Source: Acidimicrobiales bacterium
Lineage (GTDB): Bacteria; Actinomycetota; Acidimicrobiia; Acidimicrobiales; RAAP-2
Length of the DNA stretch: 64,000 bases
Assembly (NCBI GenBank): GCA_036509795.1
Contig: DATCEX010000008.1
Span: 12,441-76,440, forward strand
Direction: 5' to 3'
Below the pieces are notes generated by a model. It was given only the letters and a program-made list of their open reading frames with translations. It searched no databases and had not been told where the DNA came from. Shown here piece by piece: positions 47,633-56,872 of this stretch (its first letter is position 1; every line of letters begins with the position of its first letter). Both the position numbers and the translations under genes were made by a program.

Positions 47633-48320
47633 TACGAAACGCCTCAGCGAACGAAAGACCGAGGGGGCGACCGGCCTGGGACGCGCGCCCGCGCACAACG
47701 TCGCTGATTCCCGCGCTGTCGTCACCCGTCTGTGAGTGGTGAGCGAGTACCGCCTTCACCTTGACGTCAATCGTGGAGGTGACGTCGATTGCCACGTCGG
47801 GTTCGTGGGTGCCGCTCAATAAGAGCCACGAAACTTGATGGGCCGGGCCTTGGCTGGGATAGTACAACGGCATCGCGGCCGCGGGTGCCGCGGCGTCCAG
47901 GAGCGCCCAGCCCGTCTCGCGGTGGTCGCGGTGATTCACATATACCCCGCCAAAGAAGGTGGCGGTGGGGTCAGGACCGAGGACCACGTCAGGTCGCACG
48001 CCACGAATGAGCCCGACGAGCGTCGAGCGTAACTCATCGGAGTTCGTGACGTCGCCGTCGGGTACTTCCAGGCTGTGCACCTGGTTGACACCCAGAAGGT
48101 CTGCCGCCAGTTGCAACTCGGCGCGACGGACGTCGCGCAAGCTCTCTGGCTTGGTCTGCGAGCCGTGCGCGCCTTTCGAGCCGTCGCAGATCACCACGAG
48201 GTGCACCGCACATCCCTGAGAGGCCCACTGTGCCATGACTCCGCCTGCTGCGACGTCGGCGTCATCCGGATGGGCGTAGATCGCCATGGCGACCTTCGGG
48301 CGCAGCGACAGACTCCTCAC
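47613..48320 (-). CDS. PIG-L family deacetylase (LmbE/MshB-like)
   Basis: 235 aa with the AHPDDAD motif and HRDH. Confidence 0.7.
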   Translation of the reverse strand: MRSLSLRPKVAMAIYAHPDDADVAAGGVMAQWASQGCAVHLVVICDGSKGAHGSQTKPESLRDVRRAELQLAADLLGVNQVHSLEVPDGDVTNSDELRSTLVGLIRGVRPDVVLGPDPTATFFGGVYVNHRDHRETGWALLDAAAPAAAMPLYYPSQGPAHQVSWLLLSGTHEPDVAIDVTSTIDVKVKAVLAHHSQTGDDSAGISDVVRGRASQAGRPLGLSFAEAFRSVELVN

Positions 48321-48323
48321 GAC

Positions 48324-48794
48324 CTACGTCCGGAGTTTTGGAGCGGTGGTCTTGACCAGCATGCCGACCTCACGAGCGAAGTCGTCGGCGTCTTCAAAAC
48401 CCTTGTACACCGAGGCAAAGCGTACGTACGCCACGTCGTCGACGTCGCGCAGCGCCTCGAGAGTCGCCATACCCACTTCTTCACTGGTGACGTCACGGTT
48501 GAGCAGACGCATGGCTTCTTCCACCGATTCGGCGACGCCATCGAGTCGCGCCTCGTCCACCGGCCGGTTCTTGCACGCCGAACGGATGCCCGAGAGTATT
48601 TTCGCCCTGTCGAAGGACTCGCGCTCGCCCGATCGCTTGGTCACGTACAACACCACCTCTTCAATTCTTTCGAATGTGGTGTAGCGATGACTGCACGCCG
48701 AACATTCGCGCCGGCGACGTATGGCCACTCCATCTTCCGCGAGACGGGAATCGACCACCCGATCGTCGTCTGCAGAACAAAAAGGACAACGCAC
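48324..48794 (-). CDS. nrdR: Transcriptional repressor NrdR
   Basis: 156 aa with MRCPFC...C..C (zinc ribbon) and an ATP-cone. Confidence 0.95.
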   Translation of the reverse strand: MRCPFCSADDDRVVDSRLAEDGVAIRRRRECSACSHRYTTFERIEEVVLYVTKRSGERESFDRAKILSGIRSACKNRPVDEARLDGVAESVEEAMRLLNRDVTSEEVGMATLEALRDVDDVAYVRFASVYKGFEDADDFAREVGMLVKTTAPKLRT

Positions 48795-48825
48795 ACAATG
48801 AGGCTACACCGAAAACCTTGAAATA

Positions 48826-49263
48826 TTAGGGAATTAGGACGTGTTCGCCGGTGACGACGACGCTCGAGTGCAACTCGTTCACGAGTGCCCGACGGGCCAG
48901 AGACGGGTTGACCGGATTGACGCTTTGCGCGATCGACTCGAGAGTGTCACCCGGCTGCACCACGTACACCATGCCCGACGACAGAGTGGAACTCGTCGCC
49001 AGGTCTGTCGACAGACCAACCCCATTGGTGCCCCCGAACGCGTGACCCGGCCACGCCAACAGCACGAACGTCGCCATCAACGACGCCACGACTGCACTAC
49101 GGCGCCGTCGCTGCTTCATGCGTGCGCGAGCCGCGCGGCGATTGGCCACGAGTGGTCCACGGCGATGCGGCGATGCGGCCAAAGGCTCAGGAACGACTCG
49201 AAGGATGGGACGAAACGACTCCTCGACTTCGAACTCGCTGGGGAACAACTCCACTGCGGCCAT
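48826..49263 (-). CDS. LysM-domain membrane protein (ChiZ/Rv2719c-like position)
   Basis: The ATG at 49263 follows an AGGAGAGGGAGAGG SD. It has a TM helix and a C-terminal LysM domain (YVVQPGDTLESIAQ). SOS boxes lie immediately upstream. Confidence 0.75.
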   Translation of the reverse strand: MAAVELFPSEFEVEESFRPILRVVPEPLAASPHRRGPLVANRRAARARMKQRRRRSAVVASLMATFVLLAWPGHAFGGTNGVGLSTDLATSSTLSSGMVYVVQPGDTLESIAQSVNPVNPSLARRALVNELHSSVVVTGEHVLIP

Positions 49264-49285
49264 TTGCCTCTCCCTCTCCTCATTA

Positions 49286-49326
49286 TACGAACACCTGTTC
49301 GTAAGTATAAACGAACAGGTGTTCGT
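49286..49326. promoter_or_regulatory. Two LexA (SOS) boxes upstream of the LysM gene
   Basis: The cores are CGAACACCTGTTCG (49288-49301) and CGAACAGGTGTTCG (49312-49325). Both match the Gram-positive/actinobacterial GAAC-N4-GTTC consensus. Confidence 0.75.
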
Positions 49327-49335
49327 TTGCAATCC

Positions 49336-50691
49336 CTATCCCGTATCGGGGACGAAACTCTGAATTGCGGCTAATTCCCGGCCAACTCGACCGAATACCC
49401 CCTTCGCGACCTTGCGACCCCGAAGGGCCTCCGCGACCTCACTCAGATTGCGAACCATGCGAATTCGGTGTCGTTGGACTAACACCGCACACTCTAGGGA
49501 AAGGGTGTGACACGGATGGTCGTGCGAATCAGTGACTTGCCCATCCGTCACCCAGATCACGGGGCCACCGTGTCGAGGTTGTCGAAGCGCCCACTGCAGC
49601 ACGGGACCATCGACTCCGTTACCAATGTTTCCGGACCTCGCCTGGAGGGCGACGCGCCCCGACTTGGCGAGGATCCAGGCGTTCGGCGTCACCCCCGCAT
49701 CACCGGGACGGTGGCTATAGCCGACGATCAATGCGTCGGGCGCGCTCGAGAGTAGATTTTCGAGTTCTTCCACCGTGACGTCCATCGAACCCGATTGATC
49801 GATCACGATGACACCCCCGGCTCCCGCGGACTTTCGTGCAAAAGCTCGCTGCAGGGGATCGGTCAACAGACGACTCGGAAAGCGCATCACCGATCCGCTG
49901 GTAGACGGCCGGGCTCGACGGTGTCCCGGAGATGGAGCCCGCACCACGTACGGCATCGACTCGTCAAAAAGCACGGGGGCGAACACGCCGCTAGGGGCAC
50001 GACGAGAATCGAGTTCGAGTGAGCGACGAAAGACTCGAAGTTCGTCGGGACCCTCCGGCGCGGCCGCGGCACCGGATCGACTGATCAGTCGCGCAATCGG
50101 GACGGTGACGTTCGTGTAACCCACCGGGCGACCCTCGTCATCGAGGGTCGTGTCACCCAACGTCCGAGTGTCGAGGTCACCCACCATGGCGTTGACCTTC
50201 TTTTTGAGCGATCGCAGGCCCGCCACCCAGGTTGGTTGGACCGAACGCACTCCTCGTAGAAACTCACTCTCGGCTCCGGTGCCGAGGACCGCAAGGAGGA
50301 AACAAACGATCTCGCCCCACGCGCCCGCCTGCGCGAGGCGTTGACCACCCGGGCGTTCCGATCCGTCGCAGAGCAATGCCACGTCAAATCCCAAACGAGC
50401 CAGAATCAAGTTGATCCGGAACTCCTCGGCGCACTCCAACGCACGATCGGTGACGTCGGCGTCGGGTGGCGTGTGTTCTCGCAAGAAGGGGCTGACGCGA
50501 ATGTGCGCGAGCTCGTGCGCGCGTACGACGCGCGACACGGGGTCGTCACCGTGGGGAACGGTGAGCACGCGCTCACCCAGATTGCAACGCGCTCCCCCAC
50601 GAAATACTGAGCCCGGTTCGAGAATCCACGCGCCCTGTTCGAAGCCGTCGAGACGTCCGTGGACCAATTCAGGAAAGACCGAGCCCTTCAA
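49336..50691 (-). CDS. HExxH metallopeptidase-like N-domain fused to a C-terminal VWA domain (DUF2201-like architecture)
   Basis: 451 aa. HELAH is at aa 59-63, followed by ECAEEFRIN. A low-complexity linker follows, then the VIVIDQSGSM MIDAS motif at aa 298-303. Its start overlaps the AAA gene stop by 4 nt. Confidence 0.65.
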   Translation of the reverse strand: MKGSVFPELVHGRLDGFEQGAWILEPGSVFRGGARCNLGERVLTVPHGDDPVSRVVRAHELAHIRVSPFLREHTPPDADVTDRALECAEEFRINLILARLGFDVALLCDGSERPGGQRLAQAGAWGEIVCFLLAVLGTGAESEFLRGVRSVQPTWVAGLRSLKKKVNAMVGDLDTRTLGDTTLDDEGRPVGYTNVTVPIARLISRSGAAAAPEGPDELRVFRRSLELDSRRAPSGVFAPVLFDESMPYVVRAPSPGHRRARPSTSGSVMRFPSRLLTDPLQRAFARKSAGAGGVIVIDQSGSMDVTVEELENLLSSAPDALIVGYSHRPGDAGVTPNAWILAKSGRVALQARSGNIGNGVDGPVLQWALRQPRHGGPVIWVTDGQVTDSHDHPCHTLSLECAVLVQRHRIRMVRNLSEVAEALRGRKVAKGVFGRVGRELAAIQSFVPDTG

Positions 50692-51416
50692 TCCAGGGCT
50701 CCCATCGATAGCGCGTCCAAAATAGCTTGCCCGGTGGTCTCACCAAACAACAGCCGTGCGGCCCGCGCCGCGCCGAGTTTCGCTCGTAGTTGGTCAAAGG
50801 CGTAAAAGCTACGAAGCGAGACTCGGCGATCGGCGGCACCGAGCGATCCGTGCAGGGCGGGGCCCTTGAGGTCGTCACTGAGCGTCGCCACCGCGTGAGG
50901 GTGGGGTCGGTCGATGCGGATGGCGACAGGAAATCTGTCGCGCAGGGCCAAGGGGATGTCCTCCAGGTCTTCCGCGTTCGTCGTCATGACCACCGAAAAA
51001 TCTGGGCCAGGTTTTACCCACTGGCCGGTTTCGGGATTGCGCCATCGTGCCGACTCTTGGGAGTCCGTCATGGCGAGCAGAGTGCTGAGGGCATCACCCG
51101 ACGCGCGATCTACTTCGTCGACCACCAAACGTCCGCCACGACCCGAATTATTCTTCCACGAACGAATCGCGGGACCTTCGCGCCACTCCCACTTACCCGC
51201 ACCAGTCGGCATCCACGTTCCCGTGATCTCCCCCGACGTTAAGTCCTCGGTGCACACCAGGCGCTCGGAGATCCCCCTAGCCAGACCGAGCTTTAACGCG
51301 GCGTACGTCTTACCCGTTCCCGGCGGACCGTACAACAGCACTCGGCCAACGCCCGCGGATAAGACGTCGGTGACGTCAATCCAACATTGCCCTATTTCCC
51401 ATTCGCTCGTCGCCAC
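50688..51416 (-). CDS. Small MoxR/AAA_5-type AAA+ ATPase
   Basis: 242 aa with Walker A (GPPGTGKT), Walker B (RLVVDEVD) and a sensor/Arg region (TTNAEDLEDIPLALRDRF). A GAGGAGG SD precedes it. Confidence 0.75.
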   Translation of the reverse strand: MATSEWEIGQCWIDVTDVLSAGVGRVLLYGPPGTGKTYAALKLGLARGISERLVCTEDLTSGEITGTWMPTGAGKWEWREGPAIRSWKNNSGRGGRLVVDEVDRASGDALSTLLAMTDSQESARWRNPETGQWVKPGPDFSVVMTTNAEDLEDIPLALRDRFPVAIRIDRPHPHAVATLSDDLKGPALHGSLGAADRRVSLRSFYAFDQLRAKLGAARAARLLFGETTGQAILDALSMGALD

Positions 51417-51508
51417 TTCGCCTCCTCGAGCGACCCAACTGTCGCATCGAGGACCCGCCAGGAGTCACAATACGGACGCGACCCGGCCTTGATCTCTGCG
51501 GGTACCGG

Positions 51509-52216
51509 CTATTCCCCGGACTCGCCCAGGTAGACAGCACGCACGCGCGGATCGTGCAGGAGTTTTGTCGCGGTGTCGGCGAAGGCAATGACGCCGTTTT
51601 CCATCACGTATCCCCGGTCAGCCAGACGCAGCGCTTGGGCGGCGTTTTGTTCCACGACCAAGACGGTCGTCCCGTTATCACGGATGTCGCCGATGATCCG
51701 GAAGATCTGGTCAATGATCATCGGCGCCAGACCCATCGATGGTTCGTCGAGTAGCAAAAGACGGGGCTGGGACATCAGCGCGCGCCCGATCGCGAGCATT
51801 TGTTGCTCGCCGCCCGAGAGGTTGCCCCCCAACTGCTTACGTCGCTCCTTGAGAATCGGAAACAACACAAACATCTTTTCCATATCCGCTGCGTAATTAT
51901 CCTTACGACCGAAGGCCCCCATCTCGAGGTTTTCTTGCACCGTCATCTGGGGAAAAATACGTCGACCCTCGGGTACGTGGCTGATTCCCATCGAGGAGAA
52001 CATGTGGGCTTTCACGTTCGTGACGTCCGCGCCCTCGAACGTGATCGTCCCCGACGACGGTGCGTGTAGCCCGGAGAGCATTCGCAGGGTGGTGGACTTG
52101 CCCGCACCGTTGGCCCCGAGCAGGGTCACGACCTCACCTTGATTGACGTCGAAGGATATTCCGTGCAGCGCGGTGATGGCACCGTACCTGACGACTGCGT
52201 CCTTCACACTCAGCAT
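51509..52216 (-). CDS. livF: Branched-chain amino acid ABC transporter ATPase
   Basis: 235 aa with GANGAGKST, LSGGEQQML, LLLDEPS and a LivF-type length and N-terminus. Confidence 0.85.
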   Translation of the reverse strand: MLSVKDAVVRYGAITALHGISFDVNQGEVVTLLGANGAGKSTTLRMLSGLHAPSSGTITFEGADVTNVKAHMFSSMGISHVPEGRRIFPQMTVQENLEMGAFGRKDNYAADMEKMFVLFPILKERRKQLGGNLSGGEQQMLAIGRALMSQPRLLLLDEPSMGLAPMIIDQIFRIIGDIRDNGTTVLVVEQNAAQALRLADRGYVMENGVIAFADTATKLLHDPRVRAVYLGESGE

Positions 52217-53025
52217 TACTTCGTCCCCTCCGCGACGCCCGTGTCCACCGATCCGAGGTAGGCCTCGATGACCGCCGGGTTGGCCCGAATCTCCTCGGGT
52301 GAACCTTCGGCAATGACCGAGCCAAAATTGAGCACGTACAGTCGCTCCGCGAGCGCCATCACCAACTTCATGTCGTGCTCAATCAAGAGGATGGAGACCC
52401 CCATCTCATCGCGTACCTTGCGAATCAAACGCACCAGTTCCAGCTTCTCGGTGGGATTGGTACCCGCCGCGGGCTCATCGAGCAGGAGAACTTCGGGACT
52501 CGTGGCCAATCCACGTGCGATCTCGAGTCGCCGTCGCGCACCGTAGTTGAGAGACGCGGCGATCGTGTTGGCGTGATCGGTCAAGCCGACGAACGCGAGG
52601 AGTTCCTTGGTTCGCGCGTCGGAATGATGCTCGTCGCGTCGAGTACGCGGACCCTTCAGCATCGCTCCCACCGCACCCAAACCGCGGTGCGACTCCGCAC
52701 CGATCTTGATGTTCTCGAAGGTCGTCATCGCACCAAACATTCGCGACGCCTGGAACGTCCTGGCCACACCGGCGACACTCACCCGAAAGGGCTTCTTGCC
52801 AATGATGGACATGGTCTTTCCCTGGCCGTTGGTGAACGTGATCGTTCCCTCTTGCGGCGCGTAGACACCGGTAAGTGAATTAAACAATGACGTTTTGCCC
52901 GCCCCGTTGGGCCCGATGATGGCGAGAATCTCTCCGCGATTCTGGTGCAGACTCACGTCGTTAAGCGACACCACGCCACCGAAGCGCAAGGTGACGTCCT
53001 TCACGTCAAACAAGAGTGAGCTCAC
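52216..53025 (-). CDS. livG: Branched-chain amino acid ABC transporter ATPase
   Basis: 269 aa with GPNGAGKTS and the LivG-type insertion and C-terminus (RANPAVIEAYLG). Confidence 0.85.
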   Translation of the reverse strand: MSSLLFDVKDVTLRFGGVVSLNDVSLHQNRGEILAIIGPNGAGKTSLFNSLTGVYAPQEGTITFTNGQGKTMSIIGKKPFRVSVAGVARTFQASRMFGAMTTFENIKIGAESHRGLGAVGAMLKGPRTRRDEHHSDARTKELLAFVGLTDHANTIAASLNYGARRRLEIARGLATSPEVLLLDEPAAGTNPTEKLELVRLIRKVRDEMGVSILLIEHDMKLVMALAERLYVLNFGSVIAEGSPEEIRANPAVIEAYLGSVDTGVAEGTK

Positions 53026-54416
53026 GTCTCCTCCTGGACTCGACTGTGGGGCCCGATATTGGTGAGCAACGCGTCGGGAGCGGTTCCCGCCTTGATTTGG
53101 TTGACTTCTCGACGACGGCGCCGTGAGGGGAAGAGACCCGCGGGGCGAAAGATCATCATGACAACGAGCAGGGCACCGAGGTACATGTACAGGTCCTGAC
53201 TGTTATAGCCAGAGGGCGGAGAGTGCTCGAGGTACACCACGAAGATCTGGATGAACAGGCCACCGAGGACGACGCCCAAAATCGATCCCATGCCGCCGAA
53301 GATGACGAGCACCAAAATGTTGATCGAGAACTGAAGGGTAAACGTCGGAGGGGTGACGAAGAGGGTCTGCGAAGCGGTGACGACGCCCGCGAACCCCGCG
53401 CTCGCGGCGCCAATGGCGAAGGCCATCACCTTGTATTTCAGCGGATTGATCCCCAGCGACTCCGCGGCCACTTCGTCCTCGCGAATCGCCACCCACGCTC
53501 GGCCCACTCGCGAATGCTCCAGGCTCGAGAAGATGATGAGGAATAAGACAACGAAGCCCACGGTCAAGTAGTAATACGGCACCGGATTCAAACCCCATTG
53601 GTACTTCAACGCGCCGAGGTGAACCGACAGAAAGGGTATCTGGTTGGTACCCGTTGCCCCACCAGTAATGCCGAAGAGGTTGTTGGCGAACAAGTAGATG
53701 ATCTCACCGAAACCCAGCGTTACGATGGCCAAATAGTCACCGCGCAGTCGCAGCGTCGGTAAGCCGATGAGAACGCCGCACAACATCGCCAGGGCGATGG
53801 CAAATGGGATCGCGAAGAATGTATTCAAGTGCGTGTGAAAGGGGGGCGGCGTGGGTAGCGCACCCGTGACCCACGCCGTCGTATAGGCACCGATCGCGTA
53901 GAAGGCCACGAATCCCAGGTCGAGCAGACCAGCGAAGCCGGTCACGACATTGAGGCCGATGGCGAGCAACACGTACACCAGAATTTGTTGGACTATCTGG
54001 GTCTGCCACGAATTGTCGGTGATTACGTGCGGCAAACCGATGGCGAGCACCAAGCCAATGGCGAAAAAGACGTACCGAGTCGACTTAAATTTGGACCGAC
54101 GCTTCGATCCTTGAATCATCGAGGTCATCGCCTGCACGGCCTGGCCACGAAAGTGCGTGCGATCAGACCACGAACGGTTCACGTACCGGACGGACCAAGT
54201 GAGCACCACCACCACGACCGTCATGAGCAGAGCGACCAACCAACGTTGCGCGGTGAACAGGCCAAAGAAAGTCACGTGCGAGGCGAACGAGCCGGTAAAA
54301 CCAGCAGTCGGTTCGGCACCATTCCCTTCGGGCCCCGTCATGATCGTCACCACCGCGGCGATCAGAGCAATGGTGGCAATCCGCTTGACGTGGGCGTTGC
54401 GCCAGAGTTCCTTCAT
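53022..54416 (-). CDS. livM: Branched-chain amino acid ABC transporter permease with N-terminal extension
   Basis: 464 aa with a LivM-like core (GLLDLGFVAFYAIGAY). Confidence 0.8.
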   Translation of the reverse strand: MKELWRNAHVKRIATIALIAAVVTIMTGPEGNGAEPTAGFTGSFASHVTFFGLFTAQRWLVALLMTVVVVVLTWSVRYVNRSWSDRTHFRGQAVQAMTSMIQGSKRRSKFKSTRYVFFAIGLVLAIGLPHVITDNSWQTQIVQQILVYVLLAIGLNVVTGFAGLLDLGFVAFYAIGAYTTAWVTGALPTPPPFHTHLNTFFAIPFAIALAMLCGVLIGLPTLRLRGDYLAIVTLGFGEIIYLFANNLFGITGGATGTNQIPFLSVHLGALKYQWGLNPVPYYYLTVGFVVLFLIIFSSLEHSRVGRAWVAIREDEVAAESLGINPLKYKVMAFAIGAASAGFAGVVTASQTLFVTPPTFTLQFSINILVLVIFGGMGSILGVVLGGLFIQIFVVYLEHSPPSGYNSQDLYMYLGALLVVMMIFRPAGLFPSRRRRREVNQIKAGTAPDALLTNIGPHSRVQEET

Positions 54417-55390
54417 CAGGCGGATCTCCCCAAACGCTCGCCGAGGATGCCCGTGGGTCGGAACATTAAGACGAGAACTAGGACCACGAACGCGACGACG
54501 TCAATGTAGGCACCGTTAACGAACGCTACCGAAAAACTCTCCACGACACCTAGGAGCAGACCGCCCAGCACGGCCCCTCGCAAGTTGCCAATGCCGCCCA
54601 GCACCGCAGCAGAAAATGCTTTGATCGCCGGCGTGAATCCCATGGTGTAGACGACGCCCACGGGAATGGAGTACAAGAAGCCAGCCACCCCACCGAGGAA
54701 GCCGCCGAGCATGAAGGTCACCGCGATCGTTCGGTCGATGTTCACGCCCATCAACGAGGCAGTTTCGGCGTCTTGGGCGACGGCTCGAATACCTCGCCCC
54801 AATTTGCTCGTGGCCACGAGTCGCTCTAGGGACACCAGCATGATGACACCGACGACGAAGATCACGATGTAATAGGTCTGAACCGACGCCCCGAAGATCG
54901 TAAACACCGTGTTGTTCGTGTAGGGCGCATCGATCGATAGGTTGATGCGACCGAATTCCTTGCCGACGAAGTTGTAAATGAAGTACGACGCGCCTATTGC
55001 GCTGATCAAGTAGGCCAACTTTGGGGCGTGGCGTCGTCGCAATGGCCGATAGGCCACTCGTTCGATTCCTAACGCGACGACAGCTCCGACCACCCCGCCA
55101 ATCAGGATTCCGGCAATGAGATACAGGATTGATTCCACCGCGGTCGGAGTCGAGTTGCCGACTAAGACCTTCATGAGAAAGAAACTCGCGAAGGCTCCAC
55201 TCATGAAGATCTCCGAGTGGGCGAAATTAATCAATCGCAAGACGCCGTACACCATGGTGTAGCCGATGGCCACCATCGCGTAGATGAAACCGTTCACGAC
55301 ACCACCTACGAGCAGTCCCCAAAATTCGTGACCCAGAGTTGCGAAGTGCGACGAGAAATAGGACACCAACGCGCACACCCCCTCTTCCAA
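54416..55390 (-). CDS. livH: Branched-chain amino acid ABC transporter permease
   Basis: LivH-like sequence (GYTMVYGVLRLINFAHSE). The start is probably the internal TTG/GTG at about 55369/55366, after a GAGGGGG SD. Confidence 0.8.
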   Translation of the reverse strand: MEEGVCALVSYFSSHFATLGHEFWGLLVGGVVNGFIYAMVAIGYTMVYGVLRLINFAHSEIFMSGAFASFFLMKVLVGNSTPTAVESILYLIAGILIGGVVGAVVALGIERVAYRPLRRRHAPKLAYLISAIGASYFIYNFVGKEFGRINLSIDAPYTNNTVFTIFGASVQTYYIVIFVVGVIMLVSLERLVATSKLGRGIRAVAQDAETASLMGVNIDRTIAVTFMLGGFLGGVAGFLYSIPVGVVYTMGFTPAIKAFSAAVLGGIGNLRGAVLGGLLLGVVESFSVAFVNGAYIDVVAFVVLVLVLMFRPTGILGERLGRSA

Positions 55391-55414
55391 TTTCCAGCGA
55401 CAGGGAAGTCTAAA

Positions 55415-55459
55415 CCAACAACACTGCCGGGGGCATGACGCCCCCGGCAGTGTTGTTGG
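55415..55459 (-). other. Intercistronic 20-bp perfect stem-loop between livK and livH
   Basis: CCAACAACACTGCCGGGGGC-atgac-GCCCCCGGCAGTGTTGTTGG, with no flanking U-tract. Confidence 0.7.
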
Positions 55460-55474
55460 TCAATTAACTATCGA

Positions 55475-56692
55475 TTAATTGTGGCCGAACTGGACGATCT
55501 TGCCACCCTGGACCTGGTAGTAGTCAATCTGACCCTTACCACTGCCCAAGAGGTTGCCGTCCGACTGGAACGCAATCGGGCCCGTGATTCCCTTGAGAGA
55601 AACCTTGTGGAGTTCAGGAATCAGACTCGCGCGAATCTTGCTCACCGACGCCTTGGTCGAAACCCGAGCCAACGCGTCAATGATGATGCTCGTCGAGTCG
55701 TAGGCCTGAGGCGCGTACAGCGCCTTGGCCGACGTGACGCCGCCCGAGATCTTCAAGAACTGCGCCTCGAGCTTGCCGGTGAAGTTACCACCTGAGCTAC
55801 CACCAGCGGCGCTCAAGAAGACACCGTTCGCGGCGCTCGACGGGGACGTACCACTGATGAGCGAGGTCGACTCTGAGCCGTCACCCGACATAATGACACC
55901 CTTGTATCCCGCACTGTGCAGCGCGCCGACAATCAAGCCGAAGTCACAGTAGTACCCACCGTAGAAGACGCCAGCGGGGTTCGAGGTCTTAATCTGAGTA
56001 GCCATCGCGCTGTACTGCGACGTCGGCGCCGTACCCGGGGGACACGAGGACGACTGCGGGTACGACGCGGCCGTCACCTTGGCACCAAGAGTCTTGGCGT
56101 CGGTGGCGACCACCTGGGCCAGACCAGCACCGTAGAAGGATCCGTCGTTCAGTACTTCGAGAGTCTTCGCCGACTTCTTGGTCACGAGGAACGTCGCGTC
56201 CGCCTGGCCCTGCACGTCGTCACCGTAGACCACGCGCATGAAGTTGTTGTTGACCTTGCCAGTAGTCAAACCCGCCGCGGTAGCCGAAGGACTCACCGTA
56301 GCGATTTTGGCGTTGACGTAGAAAGGCTCAGCTGACTTGGTCGCTCCGGAGAACGCCGGTCCGACGACGGCCACGAGAGTCTTGTTGGCAATTGCCTGTT
56401 GGGCAGCAGCGGGTGACAGGGTCGACGAACCCTGGTCGTCGTAGAACGCGTCCTTGAGCGTGAAGGGCAGCAAACCTGTTGCATTGGCGTCCTGGATTGC
56501 GAGTTCAACGCCCCACTTCATGTTGATTCCCAACACCGCGTTTCCGCCGGAAAGTGGTCCCTCGTAACCAATGGTAAACACCGGCTTCGACGCAGCGCTC
56601 GATGCCGAGGCAACGCCGATGACCGGCACTGCCATCAGTAACAAGGCGCTCGACGAGACCGCAGCCACCGTCTTATTCAAACGAAACTTCAT
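55475..56692 (-). CDS. livK: Branched-chain amino acid ABC transporter substrate-binding protein
   Basis: The ATG at 56692 follows an AAGGGAGA SD. It has a signal peptide and a type I periplasmic-binding fold sequence. Confidence 0.75.
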   Translation of the reverse strand: MKFRLNKTVAAVSSSALLLMAVPVIGVASASSAASKPVFTIGYEGPLSGGNAVLGINMKWGVELAIQDANATGLLPFTLKDAFYDDQGSSTLSPAAAQQAIANKTLVAVVGPAFSGATKSAEPFYVNAKIATVSPSATAAGLTTGKVNNNFMRVVYGDDVQGQADATFLVTKKSAKTLEVLNDGSFYGAGLAQVVATDAKTLGAKVTAASYPQSSSCPPGTAPTSQYSAMATQIKTSNPAGVFYGGYYCDFGLIVGALHSAGYKGVIMSGDGSESTSLISGTSPSSAANGVFLSAAGGSSGGNFTGKLEAQFLKISGGVTSAKALYAPQAYDSTSIIIDALARVSTKASVSKIRASLIPELHKVSLKGITGPIAFQSDGNLLGSGKGQIDYYQVQGGKIVQFGHN

Positions 56693-56872
56693 CAGTTCGT
56701 CTCCCTTATTTGATGTCAATCTGCATTTCTATGCGCCCACCCGATGCTCCCCAAAGGACAACAAATTAGGCACATTTCATACACGGACCATTTTGGTCAC
56801 TTAGGCACAGTAGCAGTGGGGTCCCGCGAAATCCGATTCGCCCGTGTTAACAGTTATGACAATTTTTACAGG

